Source of the DNA: Glaucostegus cemiculus
Taxonomy: Eukaryota
DNA: 64,000 nt
Assembly (NCBI GenBank): GCA_976551045.1
Contig: CDPCPM010000436.1
Coordinates: 1,054,001 to 1,118,000, forward strand
Direction of reading: 5' to 3'
Of the stretch, positions 51,912-64,000 are shown piece by piece. The notes under the pieces are model-generated. The model was not told the origin of the DNA and searched no databases. It was given only the letters and a program-made list of their open reading frames with translations. The position numbers and the translations under genes were made by a program. How positions within the stretch are numbered: position 1 is the first letter of the stretch; the number at the start of each line of letters is the position of its first letter.

Positions 51912-53650
51912 CTGGACCCTGGTCGGCTGGCGCTGCGCTCACTCCCAGCGGTTGGAGTGTGTGGCGAGTGTCCACAGTTCAGCCGCGGCTGTGTACAGCC
52001 TCTCAGCTGCCGTGGCCTCTACTCATTGCTGAGGTTCCGGGGCCGGACCGCTCCAACCATCCTGTCCCTTGTGCGGGTTGCACCTGGTGACGGTGTCAGT
52101 GCGTCACAGGGTCAAAGGGCTAATGGAAAGATTTACTGGAGGATTGTTCAGATCATGGTTGGGCATGTCTTTTCGGAATGTAGAGAAGGGTACAACTGGC
52201 CAAACCAGGATTCATTTCCTCTTGCCTAAATCGTTCGCAGAAGTTGGCGTTGAGTCGACTGTCTGCATGCAGTACAGTCCTTCTGATGAAGGCACTCCGT
52301 GCGGCAGAGGAAGAAGTTCCAGGGTTTAGAACCAGTGGCTTTGAAGGAACAGAAATCTATTTCCAAGTCGGGGTCATTCACGACTTGGAGAGCAACCTGC
52401 AGGTGGCGGTGTTCCCGTGCCTGCTGCCCGTTGAATTTCTTGGCTAGGGTCTGGGGGAGCATTTGGCGTGATCTGGTCGAGCAACTGCAGTGCATTTGGC
52501 AAAACTACTTTGTACTGGATGACACTGAGCTTGTGTTGTCAACACTGCACTGACACAAGTAAAGAGTATTCCATCGAAATCGTGACCTTTGACTTGCAGA
52601 TGGTGGAAATGGTTTGTGCCTCTTGAAGTGTTACTTGCTCTGGTATTCCCAGCCTCTGGCCCGTTCTTGCAGCCACCATATTCACATAGCGTCAGGAGTT
52701 TCTGATCAATGATGACTGCATGGTGTTGATTTTGGGGGTTTCAGCGAAGAGCCATGAAATATCAAGTCCATCTTGTTGTGGATGATCAGTGCCCTGAGCT
52801 TTTGTACCTCCAGTGTTAACTTTCTCTTTACTGTTTCAGACCAGATCGTTGTTTACATTCCGATTCCCGGTAAACAGGACGTAACAGAGGACACTGTAAC
52901 TGAGGTTAATTTCCACAGAACTACTCACTGTTCAATTGAACCCACTCTGGGCGCTGCAGTGCGTTCCAGCGCGCCGTTCGACGTGAAATCTAATGGGTTG
53001 ACCTTTGGGCAGTCGCGCCCAAACCACGAAAACAGGAAACCCACACAGATCTCCAGTTCGTTCACTTTTTCCACTCAAGCGATAATCGTGATGAGATACT
53101 TGGTCATCGATTGTTGCACTTGTTTACGGGTCTTTGAAGTGTCTGAATGCGGGAAAAGCGAAATAGATGCAAGTCTCCGAACGTGAGCGAAGCTGTCTGT
53201 GAGTTTAACCCCAGCAGTCCACCGGCCATCTCCCTGCTGCCAGCTCGCCCTGCCCTCTCTAAATCATAGGCTGACCCGTTTCCTTGTCACTGAAAGTCAA
53301 ATCCCTCGCCAGCACAGATTCAGTCATTTGCAACATGGTTATTTCAGCCCAAAACCAGAAATTACATTGTGAATTGAAACGTCAACCTTTTTCACTTTTC
53401 TCTCCTCTTTCCCGTTCTACCAAGCTGACCGCCACTGCTAAGGGATACTGCAAACAAAAAAACCAACAATGCGGACGATCCGTTCGTCCCCTATCCTCTC
53501 TGTTGTTCATTCTACTCTGTAGTAACTTCCTCTCACGTCTCGCCATCTCACCCCACCTCTACCTACTTCCGTTCTTTTCCCTGTCGTGAGACCATCTATT
53601 TTCACCTTAAATCCATCGCTGTTGTTCACCACCTCAAGCGAGCTACGCAT

Positions 53651-56600
53651 TCACAAGATCACAAGATCACAAGACAAGGGAGCAGAAGTAGGCCATTCAG
53701 CCCTTCGAGTCTGCTCCATGAGAAGAAGAGAAAAGATAACATATCTATCCCTAATTTCCAGCCTTATCCCCATATCCCTTGATACCTTGATTAATTAGGT
53801 ACCTATCCAACTCCCCTTTAAATGCCCCCACTGACTGAGCCTCTACAGCTGTATGTGGCAGAGAATTCCACAATTCCACCACCCTCTGACTAAAGTAATT
53901 TCTCCTCATCTCTGTTTTAAACTGGTTCCCTCTGATTCTAAGTCTGTGCCCTCTAGTCTTGGACTCATCCACCAAGGGAAACAGCCTATCCATATCTACT
54001 CTATCCATTCCTTTCAACATTCTAAACACTTCTATGAGGTCCCCCCTCATTCTTCTGTACTCCAATGAGTACAGTCCAAGTGCCGATAAACGTTCATCAT
54101 AGGTAAGCCCTTTCATACCAGGAATCATCCTTGTAAACCTCCTCTGAACCCTCTCCAACATCAGCACATCCCTTCTAAGGTATGGGGCCCAAAACTGCAC
54201 ACAGTATTCCAAATGAGGACGTACCAGTGCTCCATAGAGCCTCATCATCCCTTCCCTACTTCTATACACTATACCTCGCGAAATGAACGCCAACATAGCG
54301 TTCGCTTTCTTTATCGCCGATCCGACCTGGTGGTTGACTTTTAGGGTGTCCTGCACGAGTACCCCCAAGTCCCTTTGTACTTCCGTACTTCCAATTTCCT
54401 CCCCATCTAGATAATAATCTGCCCGTTCATTTCTTTAGCCAAAGTGTACTACAGCACATTTGTCAACATTGAATTTCATCTGCCATTTCTTTGCCCATTC
54501 ACCTAACCTATCCACGTCTCTCTGCAGCCTTCCTGCCTCTTCTATACTCCCTGCTCCACCGCCAATCTTGGTGTCATCCGCAAACTTAGCGGCAAAACCA
54601 TTTACTCCATCATCCAAATCATTAATATATAAGGTGAAAAGTAGCAGGCCCAACACCGACCCTTGCAGGACACCACTAGTAACCGGTCTCCATCTAGAAC
54701 AGGGTCCTCTTATTCCTACACGTTGTTTTCTGCCTACCAGCCAATGCTTGACCCATTTTAATATCCTTCCTGTAATTCCATGCGTACTCATCTTATTGAT
54801 CAACCTCTGATGCGGCACCTTGTCGAAGGCCTTTTGAAAGTCTAAATACACAACGTCCACTGCCTCTCCCTTATCCACTCTACCTGAGATTTCCTCAAAA
54901 AACTACAATAGGTTGGTCAGGCAAGATCTTCCCTTTACAAAACCATGCTGGCTTGGACCTATGCTGTGTTGAATCACCAGGTATTCCGTAACATCATCCT
55001 TGAGGATCGATTCCAGTATCTTTCCCACTACTGACGTCAAACTAATTGGTCTGTAATTACCTTTATGCTGCCTCCCACCTTTCTTATACAGTGGAACTAC
55101 GTTCGCTACTCTCCAGTCCTCCGGAACCATGCCGGAGATCATTGACTCCTGGAAAATAATCACTAATGCCTCAACAATCTCTTAAACCACCTCCTTCAGA
55201 AACCGAGGGTGCACCTCATCCGGTCCTGGTGACTTATCGGTCTTTAATCCACCTAGCTTCCTGAGCACTTTCTCCCTAGTAATCTCAACGGTACTCAGTT
55301 CAATCCCCTGGAACCCCTGTCTATCTGGTATATTTCTGGTATCCTCCACAGTGAAGATCGATGCAAAATACTTATTTAGTTCCTCTGCCATCTCTGTATC
55401 TTCTATTATAATCTCTCCCACACCATTTTCAATTGGTCCTATATCAACCCGTGTCTCTCTTTTACACCACATATATTAAAAAAAACTTTTAGTATCTGTG
55501 TGACTGTTATCTGCCAATTTCCTTTCGTAATTCATCTTTTCTTTCCTAATGACCTTCTTAGCTTCTTTCTGCAGGATTTTAAATGTTTCCCAATCCTCAG
55601 TTTCCCCACTTATTTTTGCTACCTTGTAGAACCTCCCTTTTGCTCTTATCTTAGCCTTAACCTCACTTGTTACCCACATATGTGCCTTTTTTCCATTCAG
55701 AACTTTCTTTTTTCTTGGAATATACCTATCCTGCACCTTCCTTATTTCTTGTAAAAACTTTATCCATTTCTGCTCCACCGTCTCACCTGCTAACTTACTC
55801 TTCCAATCGATTTGAGACAGTTCCTCTCTCATACTGCTGTAGTTTCCCTTGTTCCATTGCCATATATGTGCACCAGTTATGAGCCTCTCCTTTTCAAATT
55901 TGACTCCAAACTCAATCATATTGTGATCACTGGTTCCTAATGGTTCCATTACTTATAGCTCCCTAATCAGCTCTGGTTCATTGCACAGTACCCAGTCCAA
56001 AATGGCTGATCCCCTGGTGGGTTCATCTACAAGTTGCTCCAAAAAGCCATCCTGTAGACATTCTACAAACTCAGTTTCCTGCGATCCACCTCCTCGCTGA
56101 TTTTCCCAATCTACCTTCAGGTTGAAGTCCCCCATAATTATCTTCACTTTGCCCTTTTGACGCGCCTTTTCTCTTTCTAACTGTATCTTATAGTCCTCCT
56201 CCCGGCTGCTGTTCGGGGGTCTATATATAACTGCAATTTGCGTCCTTTTACCCTTGCTATTTCTTAGCTCCACCCATAAGGATTCCACTTCTTCCACCCC
56301 TATGTCCTTCCTTTCTATCGATTTTATATTATTACTGACCATTAGGGCTACACCAACCCCTCTGCCTACCCTCCTATCCTTCCTATACACCGTATAGCCT
56401 TGGATGTTCAGTTCCCAATCACATCCGTCAGTAAGCCATGATTCGGTGATTGCCACGATATCATATTTTTTTAACTTGTAGCTGTGCCCCGAGGTGATCA
56501 ACCTTGTTCCTAATGCTACGTGCATTAAAATACAGTCCTTTTAGAATAGCATCAACTACAGATATTGATGAACTTCTACTGATCTCTAAATTATCCTTAC

Positions 56601-58150
56601 CTTCCACCCGCCTGTCCTTCTTACCATCTTCACTACACGTCGACTTGTTCCCGTATACCTTCTCATTTAAGCTAAGCTGGTTTCCTTCGTCTTGCCTGAT
56701 TAGTTTATCCAACTTTTTACTATTATGGCCTCTACTCTGCTTCTCCTTCCTCAGAGCCACTCTGTCTGTTAGATCTGCCTGTAACCTCTACATCCTCTGA
56801 CCTGCCCTCCTGGTTCCCATCCCCATCGCCAACTGGTTTAATCGCTCATGAACCAACCAAGCATACCGTGCTGCAAGGATATCTGCCCCCCTCTGGTTGG
56901 GGTGTAACCCGTCCTCTCTGTACAAGTCCCACCTTCCCCAGAAGACGTCCCAGTTATCCAATAATCTAAAACCTTCTACCCTGCACCAGTTTCGCAGCCA
57001 CGTATTTAATTGCCACCTTGCCCTGTTCCTACCTTTCCTATCACGTGGCACCAGTAGTGATCCTGAGATTTCTACCCTTGAGGTCCTGGTCTTCAGCTTT
57101 CTGCCTAGCTCCATAAACTCCCTTTGCAGAACCTCATCCCTCTTTCTACCTATGTCATTGGTACCAACATGAACCATGACTTCTGGCTGCTCTCCCTCCC
57201 GCTCGAGAATCCTGTGAACCCGATCAGTAATATCATGGACCCTGGCACCTGGGAGGCAACATACCATCCGGGATTCATGTTCACTTCCACAGAATCTCCT
57301 ATCTGTTTCCCTGACTATCGAGTCCCCTATCACCACTGCATTTATCTTCCCCTTTTTCCCCATCTAAGCAGTAATACTGGTCCTCGTGCCAGTGACCTGG
57401 GTACTAGTGCTTGGTCCCTGCAGGCTATCTCCCTCCACAGTTTCCAAAGTTAAAAACCTGTTATTGAGTGGAACAGCCTCTGGGGTTCTCTGCACTGTCT
57501 GCCTATTCGTTTCCCCGTTCATTTTCCCTCCCCTGACAGTCACCCAGCTATCTACTACCTGGCCCCCTGAAGTATCTACTCTAAGTGGGGTGACTGTCTC
57601 CTGATGTGCCGCATCAACATAACTCTCTCCCTCCCTGATGCTCTACAGTGTCTGAAGCCGTGACTCCAGCTCATCAAATTTGAGCCGAAGTTCCTCCAGC
57701 CTCACACACTTACTGCAGAAGTGGTCAACGTGAACCTCAACGGGGTCCACGTCCTCCCACATCAAGCAGCTGCAGCACTGCACCATACCCTCCATCTTTA
57801 GTTCCCCTTAAACCTGGTTTGTCCAACTATGTAACTTCAACAGGTAAGCCTTACCGTTACTTACCAGTAACTCCCCTGCCTCGCCCCTTCAAGCCGAAGC
57901 CCATTGAGCCAAACCCGAACACTCTGCTCCCCCCTCACTCCGCTGCCCGCTCCAGAAGCTGGTTGCTTTTTAAGCTGCCCGCGTGGCGCCTGCGCAGTGC
58001 GGCCCTCACTCGACCCCTTAGAGCTTATATAACCCTACTAAAAATAACTTCTAAATACTATCTAACACTAATATCTTACACCCTTGTTAAAAATCTTACT
58101 CTACACTTACACTTTAATAAAAAAAAATAGAGAAAAATACTTAGCAGTTT
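53651..58150 (-). mobile_element. Near full-length CR1 LINE with ORF1 (zinc finger, leucine zipper, SGNH esterase) and ORF2 (APE endonuclease + RT), lightly disrupted
   Basis: ORF1 from 57795: MEGMVQCCSC..CSKC..L-zipper; GDSIVR..CCLPGA..HVGTND..DGLHPN. ORF2: YFNARSIRNK, AITESWL, MGDFN, SDHNMI, YRPISLTS, DFQKAFDKVP, KFADDTK. (tcacaaga)n 3' tail. Confidence 0.97.
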
Positions 58151-60439
58151 CTGAAGTCCTCCGAAGTTCCCCGAGGTCAGAGCATTCTTCCCGCACTCAT
58201 AGATTTAAATATTTCCCAGTTTCCACTGTAGATTTATGAGGGATTATCTTGATGACCGGCCGGCCCCCACTCCTCCTTGTTTCCTCCACAAGTTGATTCT
58301 ATACCATTATACCATTTCATAACTTTATTGCCTTCCTCTTTGTCCAAATTTCTTGCCAGGTATAATCTCTGAGTTCTGGTATCGTTCTTGTAAAACTTTT
58401 CTTTGTATATTTTCCTAGTCTTTCATATTGTCCAGACCAGAACAGTGCAGAGCGCTCGAGGGCCAATACAAATATATCTCATTTTCTTGATCGTTACTTA
58501 TATGTTTTCTTTATGTGGATGATTGGGACAGTGGTGTGGGTCGTCTCAGGAGGAGAGACCTTGGGATGAGAACATTATCATAAGTAGATCCCTTCGCTCT
58601 GTAGAAGCTCACAATTTCATAGGTGTTTCTAATTTTCTCAAACTGCACCTTACCGCGGCTCTACGTGGACTGAAGTCCATTTGCCATTACTTACTTGATG
58701 ATTGTTCTTATCATTCTCAGCCATTTTCGGTATTAACAACGTGAGCTGGTTTCGTGCTGACGACAAATTCCATGGATCCATTCTGAAAATGTGGACAGCG
58801 ATGTAAAGAACCGGACTCGCACCTTTCCTGACCTGGAGACATCCAGGGGCGGGGGGGGGGGAGTTTATTTGTTGATGCATTTCCTGAGATGTGCCAGTCA
58901 ATGGCAAAGTCAGAAAGCGTTTCCCATCTCTAACTGCCCTTGAGAAGATTGGGATATACTGTCGCAGTCTATCTGCTGAATGCATTTCCTTGGCGCTGCT
59001 GGGAAGACCCGGCCCCTATGCTTCCAAATGAGGATGGAGAGGGAATGGAATGGAAACCTGCAGGTGGCGACGCCAAGTGTCTGCTGCCCTTCCCATTCCG
59101 GAGCGTAGTCATGGGATACTTTCGGAAGAGACCAGGTTAACGATTCATTCAGGAAACGACACCCTGGCCAACACACCACACCCTAGTAGTTCGTTAGTTT
59201 CGAGCTCTTGAAGTAGGGGAGGATTGGCTTGAACCTGCTGAAGAATTACCTACTAACGGTTCAATACATCAATCGCGGTCCATTCAGTTATGCCTGGTTG
59301 TTCTCCTGTTCCACCAACAGCACCCCGCCCCCGCCCCCGCCACCCCCGACATACACAGCTCACTATTGAAGATTTGGACCAAATTTAGCAGCAGGTAAAT
59401 TCTTTGGTCACGATTGAGATGACATCGGAAACTACACGGTAGCATCGTCCAATAGGATGGGAGAGAATTGGACGATTTGTCCACCCGCTGTCTGAGCGGA
59501 GACCCAGAGCGTTAAGTACACACCGACATAAGATACAGGAGCAGGAGCGGAGACATTCATCTTCTCAGCCTAATCGTGATTCATCAGGCCCATATTCTAA
59601 CTCATGCACCACATTCCAACCGTTTCCTCTTTTCCCTTGATCTCTTTAATGCACATCATCCTATGGATCTCACCTTTGAATCCGACCAATGACCAACACC
59701 CTTCGCAGGGAGAGAAGATTATATATTCATCGCCCCTGCCTTAAAGACTTCTTTTCCTAAATAGCCTGTCCCTTATCCCAGCTTTGGACTCCTTAGGCAG
59801 AAGAAACATCCTCCCGAATCCACACCGTCAAGCGCCTTGATATCGAAAGCTAACCCAAAGAAAGCAGGGAAGGTTGGTCATTGTAAACAGTTTCAGAGAC
59901 AGAGATAGAGATAGAAGTGAGTGTGTGGGGGGTGGGGGGGGGAGAGAGGTGGTGAGGAAAGCGGCGGTGTCGAGGAAAGTAGCACCGATGCCAGGACAGC
60001 TCCATGTAACCGAGAGCCAGTTCTGGGGTTCACTGTGTGTGTTTGGGGTCGAACTGCCCTGCCTCTTCCTCAATCAATCCCTTCATCCCTCGTGTCAACC
60101 CAGTGAACCTTCTCTTCACTACCTCCAATAGGAACACGTCCTGTCTTACACATAAAGACCAAAATCACAGGCAGTGCTCCAGCTGTTGTCTAACGAGCGG
60201 TCTGCGGCTTGCACAGAGTAGTTTTTGCAACAAAGAGCAACATTCCATTCACCTCTTTGATTACTGGCTGTATCCTGCTAACACTCTTCCTGCTAACATT
60301 CCTTCTTCATATTTTCTCACATTACATTCCGTCTTTTGCATTTGTTTAACTCATCGATAACTGTTTAGTGCTTTTGCTAATCCAGCTGACTTCGTTTCAC
60401 CGGTAAATCTGACGCATATCACACAGCCCCGTCATCCAA

Positions 60440-62250
60440 GACACATAATGAGGGTCCAGTATATTCTGACGCGAAAGAAGGACAAGGCTGACAGGATTGG
60501 GGGACTTTGGTTGACGACGGATATTGAGGCTGTTGTCAGGAAAGAGTTGGAGGCGTATGTCAAGTATAGGAATCTGTGATCAAGCGGATCCCTTTGATTA
60601 GTATAAATTATGTAGATGAAAATCAGGACGGCAAAAAAGAGGACATGAAATAGCCCTGGCATTCATAAGAAAATCATAAGAGATTCTATAAGTAAGGATC
60701 AACGCGGCCATTTATCTGTGGAGCCATGGGAGACGGGCGAGGTCTTAAATCGATATGTCTTATCTATATTTACGGTGGAGAGGGTACTGAAAGCCGGGTA
60801 TTTAAGACGAATGAATTGTGATGTCTTGGACACATCCATATTACATAAGAAGGTGCTGGTGGTCTGAAATCCAATGACATCGGATAAATCTCCGGGGCCT
60901 GACCAAGTGTATCCTGGGATCTGGTGGGAAGCCAGCAAATACATTGAATGGGCCCTGGCAGAGACATTTGCATCACTTTTATCTACGGGTGAGGTACCGG
61001 AAGACTAGAGGGTGGCAAATGTTATGCTTTTATCTTAAAGGGGCTGCAGGGAATATCCAGGGAACTACAGGCCGGTGACCTAACATCAGTGGTTGCAAAG
61101 TTACTGGAGGGTTTTCTGAGGAACAGGATTTACCAACGTTTGGAAAGGCAAGGAATGATTAAGGATGAACATCGTGGATTTGTGAGAGGGAAGTCGTGTC
61201 GCACATTTGAAGCGGTGACAGAGGATTGACGAGGCCAGGTCGGTGGACGTTTTCTACATGAACCTAAGCGACGATTGGCAAGGTCCCTGGTGGTAGGCTG
61301 GTCCGGAAGATTTTATCACATGGAATCCGGGATGAGCTAGCCAATTGAATACAAAATTGTCTTGGTGGAAGAAGTGGTAGAGGAAGGATTTTTTTTTACT
61401 GATTTGAGGTTTGTGTCAGCCAGAGTGCTAAAGGGATCCCTGCTGTGTTCACTGTTGTTTGTCATCCATATGAACGATTTTGATGAGAATGTAGTTGGCA
61501 TGTTTGGTAAGTTTGTAAATGAGAACAAAATTGGTGATGCAGTGGACAGTGTAGAGGGTGTTCTGTAATGACAACAGGATCCGGAGAAGTGGACCAAAGA
61601 ATGGTAGATGGTAGTTAACTCGGACAGTGTTTCAGTTTGCTTAGTTAAACCAGAGCAGGACTTACACAGTAAATCGTAAGGCTCTGGAGAATGTTGGAGA
61701 ATAGAGAGAACAAGAGGGGAAAGGAACATAGTTTCCTGAAAATTGACACACAGGTAGGCATGGTAGTGAAGAAGGCATTTGGCATACTTACCTTCATCGG
61801 ACGGTGCATTGAATACAGGTGTTGTGACGTCATGTTAGAGCTGTACAAGTCCTTTGTGAGAGCAGACCTGGAGTGTTGTCGTCCAACCAGAGTAAGGATG
61901 TCATTAAGCTGGAAGGGTGTCGAAAAGGTTCACGAGGAGAGTATGAGTTATCAGAAGACGCTGGACAGGTTGGTCTTCTTCCCACGTAGTACAGAAGGCT
62001 GAGCGGTGACCTTACATTGGTATATAAAATCATGAGGGGCACAGATGAGTTGAAAGGTCACAGTCTTGTTCCTCGGTTCGAAGTAATATATTTAAGATTA
62101 GAATTAATGTATTTAAAAGACATCTAAACAGGTTCATGATAGTTAAGCTTGAGGGAAATATGTACCAATTGCAGGCAAATTAGACAAGCTCAGGTAGACA
62201 GCTTGGTCGTCATGGACGTGTTGGACCGGAAGGCTGTATAACTCTATCAA
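60440..62250 (+). mobile_element. Decayed CR1 ORF2 and 3' end
   Basis: KSPGPDQVYP, NYRPV, VVKKAFGILTFIGR..LYKSFVR remnants. Confidence 0.88.
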
Positions 62251-62269
62251 CGGGAAAACAATATATGAA

Positions 62270-63870
62270 GTCATGGAATAATTGTTTGCTGGGAGAAAGA
62301 GCATGTCCCTAAAGATTTGAATGACTGGGAATGTCTAGAAGTGCATCAGAAATTGTGCTCATTCAAAATAACTTAAGGAAACCACTTCCAAATCTTTCCA
62401 TTTATAAAGTAAGTCCATACTATCTTGTTAACTCAAATGTTTTAAGCATTTCAGTTATTTGGAACTGTTCATAAATGACGAATACGTGAAAATAAATGTG
62501 TTTAAGAGTCATAGAGTTATACAGCACGGAAACAGACTCTTCGGACCAACAGGTCCATGCAGACGAAAATGCCCATCTACTCTCACCCCATTTATCAGCG
62601 TTTGGCCCATATCCCTCCAAACATTTCCAATTCATGGACCTATCGAAATTCCTTTTTAAAGTCTTTGTGCTTTTAGTTCATAAATTTATTTCCCTTTTAA
62701 GTTTTAAATGTTTTCGAATGCATTCGAATGCCACAGAAATTTCAAAGATATTGAAAAATATTTAGTATGTTAATAGCTACATCTGACCAGCTGTGGGCGT
62801 GTTGTACCCGAATTCACTTCATTCTCATTCTTCGGGCGCAGTTTGTTTCGGCTGTCCCAACGATGCCCTGCACACCCCAGATCACTCACTCGTTGTGGAG
62901 GTTGAACATAGATCGTGATTTCCACGGGAGTCGGTGGTAACAGGATCCAGGCGCAAACCTACACCACCCTTCCTCCTCTCCAACTACTGTCAGAATTTAA
63001 CGGCATTGTGTGCAATGAGCTTTGGAAAAAGAAATCTCACAAGAGTTGTCCATGTCCGTATTCTGCACTTTCTGAGAGAAAATGTAAAACAGGAATGGAT
63101 CCTTTCCAGATTTACAGTGAAGTACACGTGTCAAATAACAAACCATTCACTAACTCCTCGTCTCTGCTTGGAACGTCCTGCTCTTCCTGTGCACGTCCTT
63201 GCTTCCTCGACCATTTGAAAACTTGCATTTACAGCTCTCTGTCCATTCATCCGTGGGATTGGTGAAAACTATGGTACATACAAGAACCCTGGGGAGCACC
63301 ACTCTTGACATTCCCCGTTCGATGCATTTGCTCCACCCCCTTCAGCTCTTATATTTCTATCAATATACAGCTCAAATTAGACTCCCTCTAATAGCACACC
63401 CTCCCATTTTACCCATTGTTATTCGGGGGAAAAAAATACTGAATTTGTTTTGAGTAGAGATAACTATCGTCCACAGACACCCGCAAGTCTGCCTGACTAG
63501 TGATACCATCAATAAATGCCCCTGTGTTCATGAAAGAGATCTACCTCTTACAGAGCCATGCAGGCCCTGCGATCAGCTCATAGTTACGTCAGAGTGTAGC
63601 CGCTCTATACTTAGGGTCAAATACAAGAAACTTCCCTACATGTGGAGACCCTCCCACTGAGATGCGGAAGCTTGATACGCTTTTGGATATTAATGGGATC
63701 AATGAATAAGAGTTAACGCACAACGCGCCGGATGGTCTACTCCAACCTTTGTGTGTTATGTTATTATGTTCCTCTCCCCACGACCTTTTAAATATTCCAG
63801 TGCCGGAGCTTCCGTACACTGAACCGGACAATGTGTCTCAGGAGGAACAGATTGGAAAGTGAGCAGATAC
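62270..63870 (-). repeat. Diverged inverted paralog of the IgL C 3' flank (about 2230-3720 and 6060-7580)
   Basis: Ordered matches on the minus strand: actggaatatttaaag..ggagaggaacataataacataaca (63750-63810 vs 6090-6140), tatctttgaaatttctgtggcattcgaatgc (about 62720-62750 vs 3430-3465), and acattcccagtca (about 62325 vs 3671). Confidence 0.7.
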
Positions 63871-64000
63871 AGTAACTTCGCGCGGATGAGACCAGCTTTG
63901 TGAAGTTCAATAATTGAATGTCTTTCCCTCCTGCCCACCTCCCGGAATGCACAGTGTTTATTAGATTAGGTTGGACAGAGGTCTTTTGGGACCTTGGAAC

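Overview
Eukaryotic genomic DNA from a cartilaginous fish (probably a ray or skate, judged from the repeat families). It is dense in decayed CR1/L2-type LINEs and has one 185-nt N gap. The first 8.2 kb hold two tandem, damaged Ig light-chain constant exons of the sigma-2/sigma-cart (type I/NS5-like) class, with no V-J between them. A diverged inverted copy of their 3' flank reappears at the window end (about 62.3-63.9 kb). Between these lies the main finding: three related, non-rearranging antigen-receptor-like genes assembled by hand from splice signals. Each has leader / single-exon V+J / C1 / TM / cytoplasmic / tyrosine-motif exons. Gene A (+, 21893-29967, intact, 290 aa) ends in an ITIM-like TYAQL. 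Gene B (+, 34905-40614) is a pseudogene with ITIM SIYDNL. Gene C (-, 51911-42888, intact, 301 aa) has ITIM ILYASL. No RSS is seen. A and C share a C-x-C in the C1 F strand, all three have a juxtamembrane Cys, and A and B share a FOX/ETS/RUNX-like promoter block. A near full-length CR1 element lies at about 53.65-58.15 kb. Repeat boundaries are approximate and no database search was possible.
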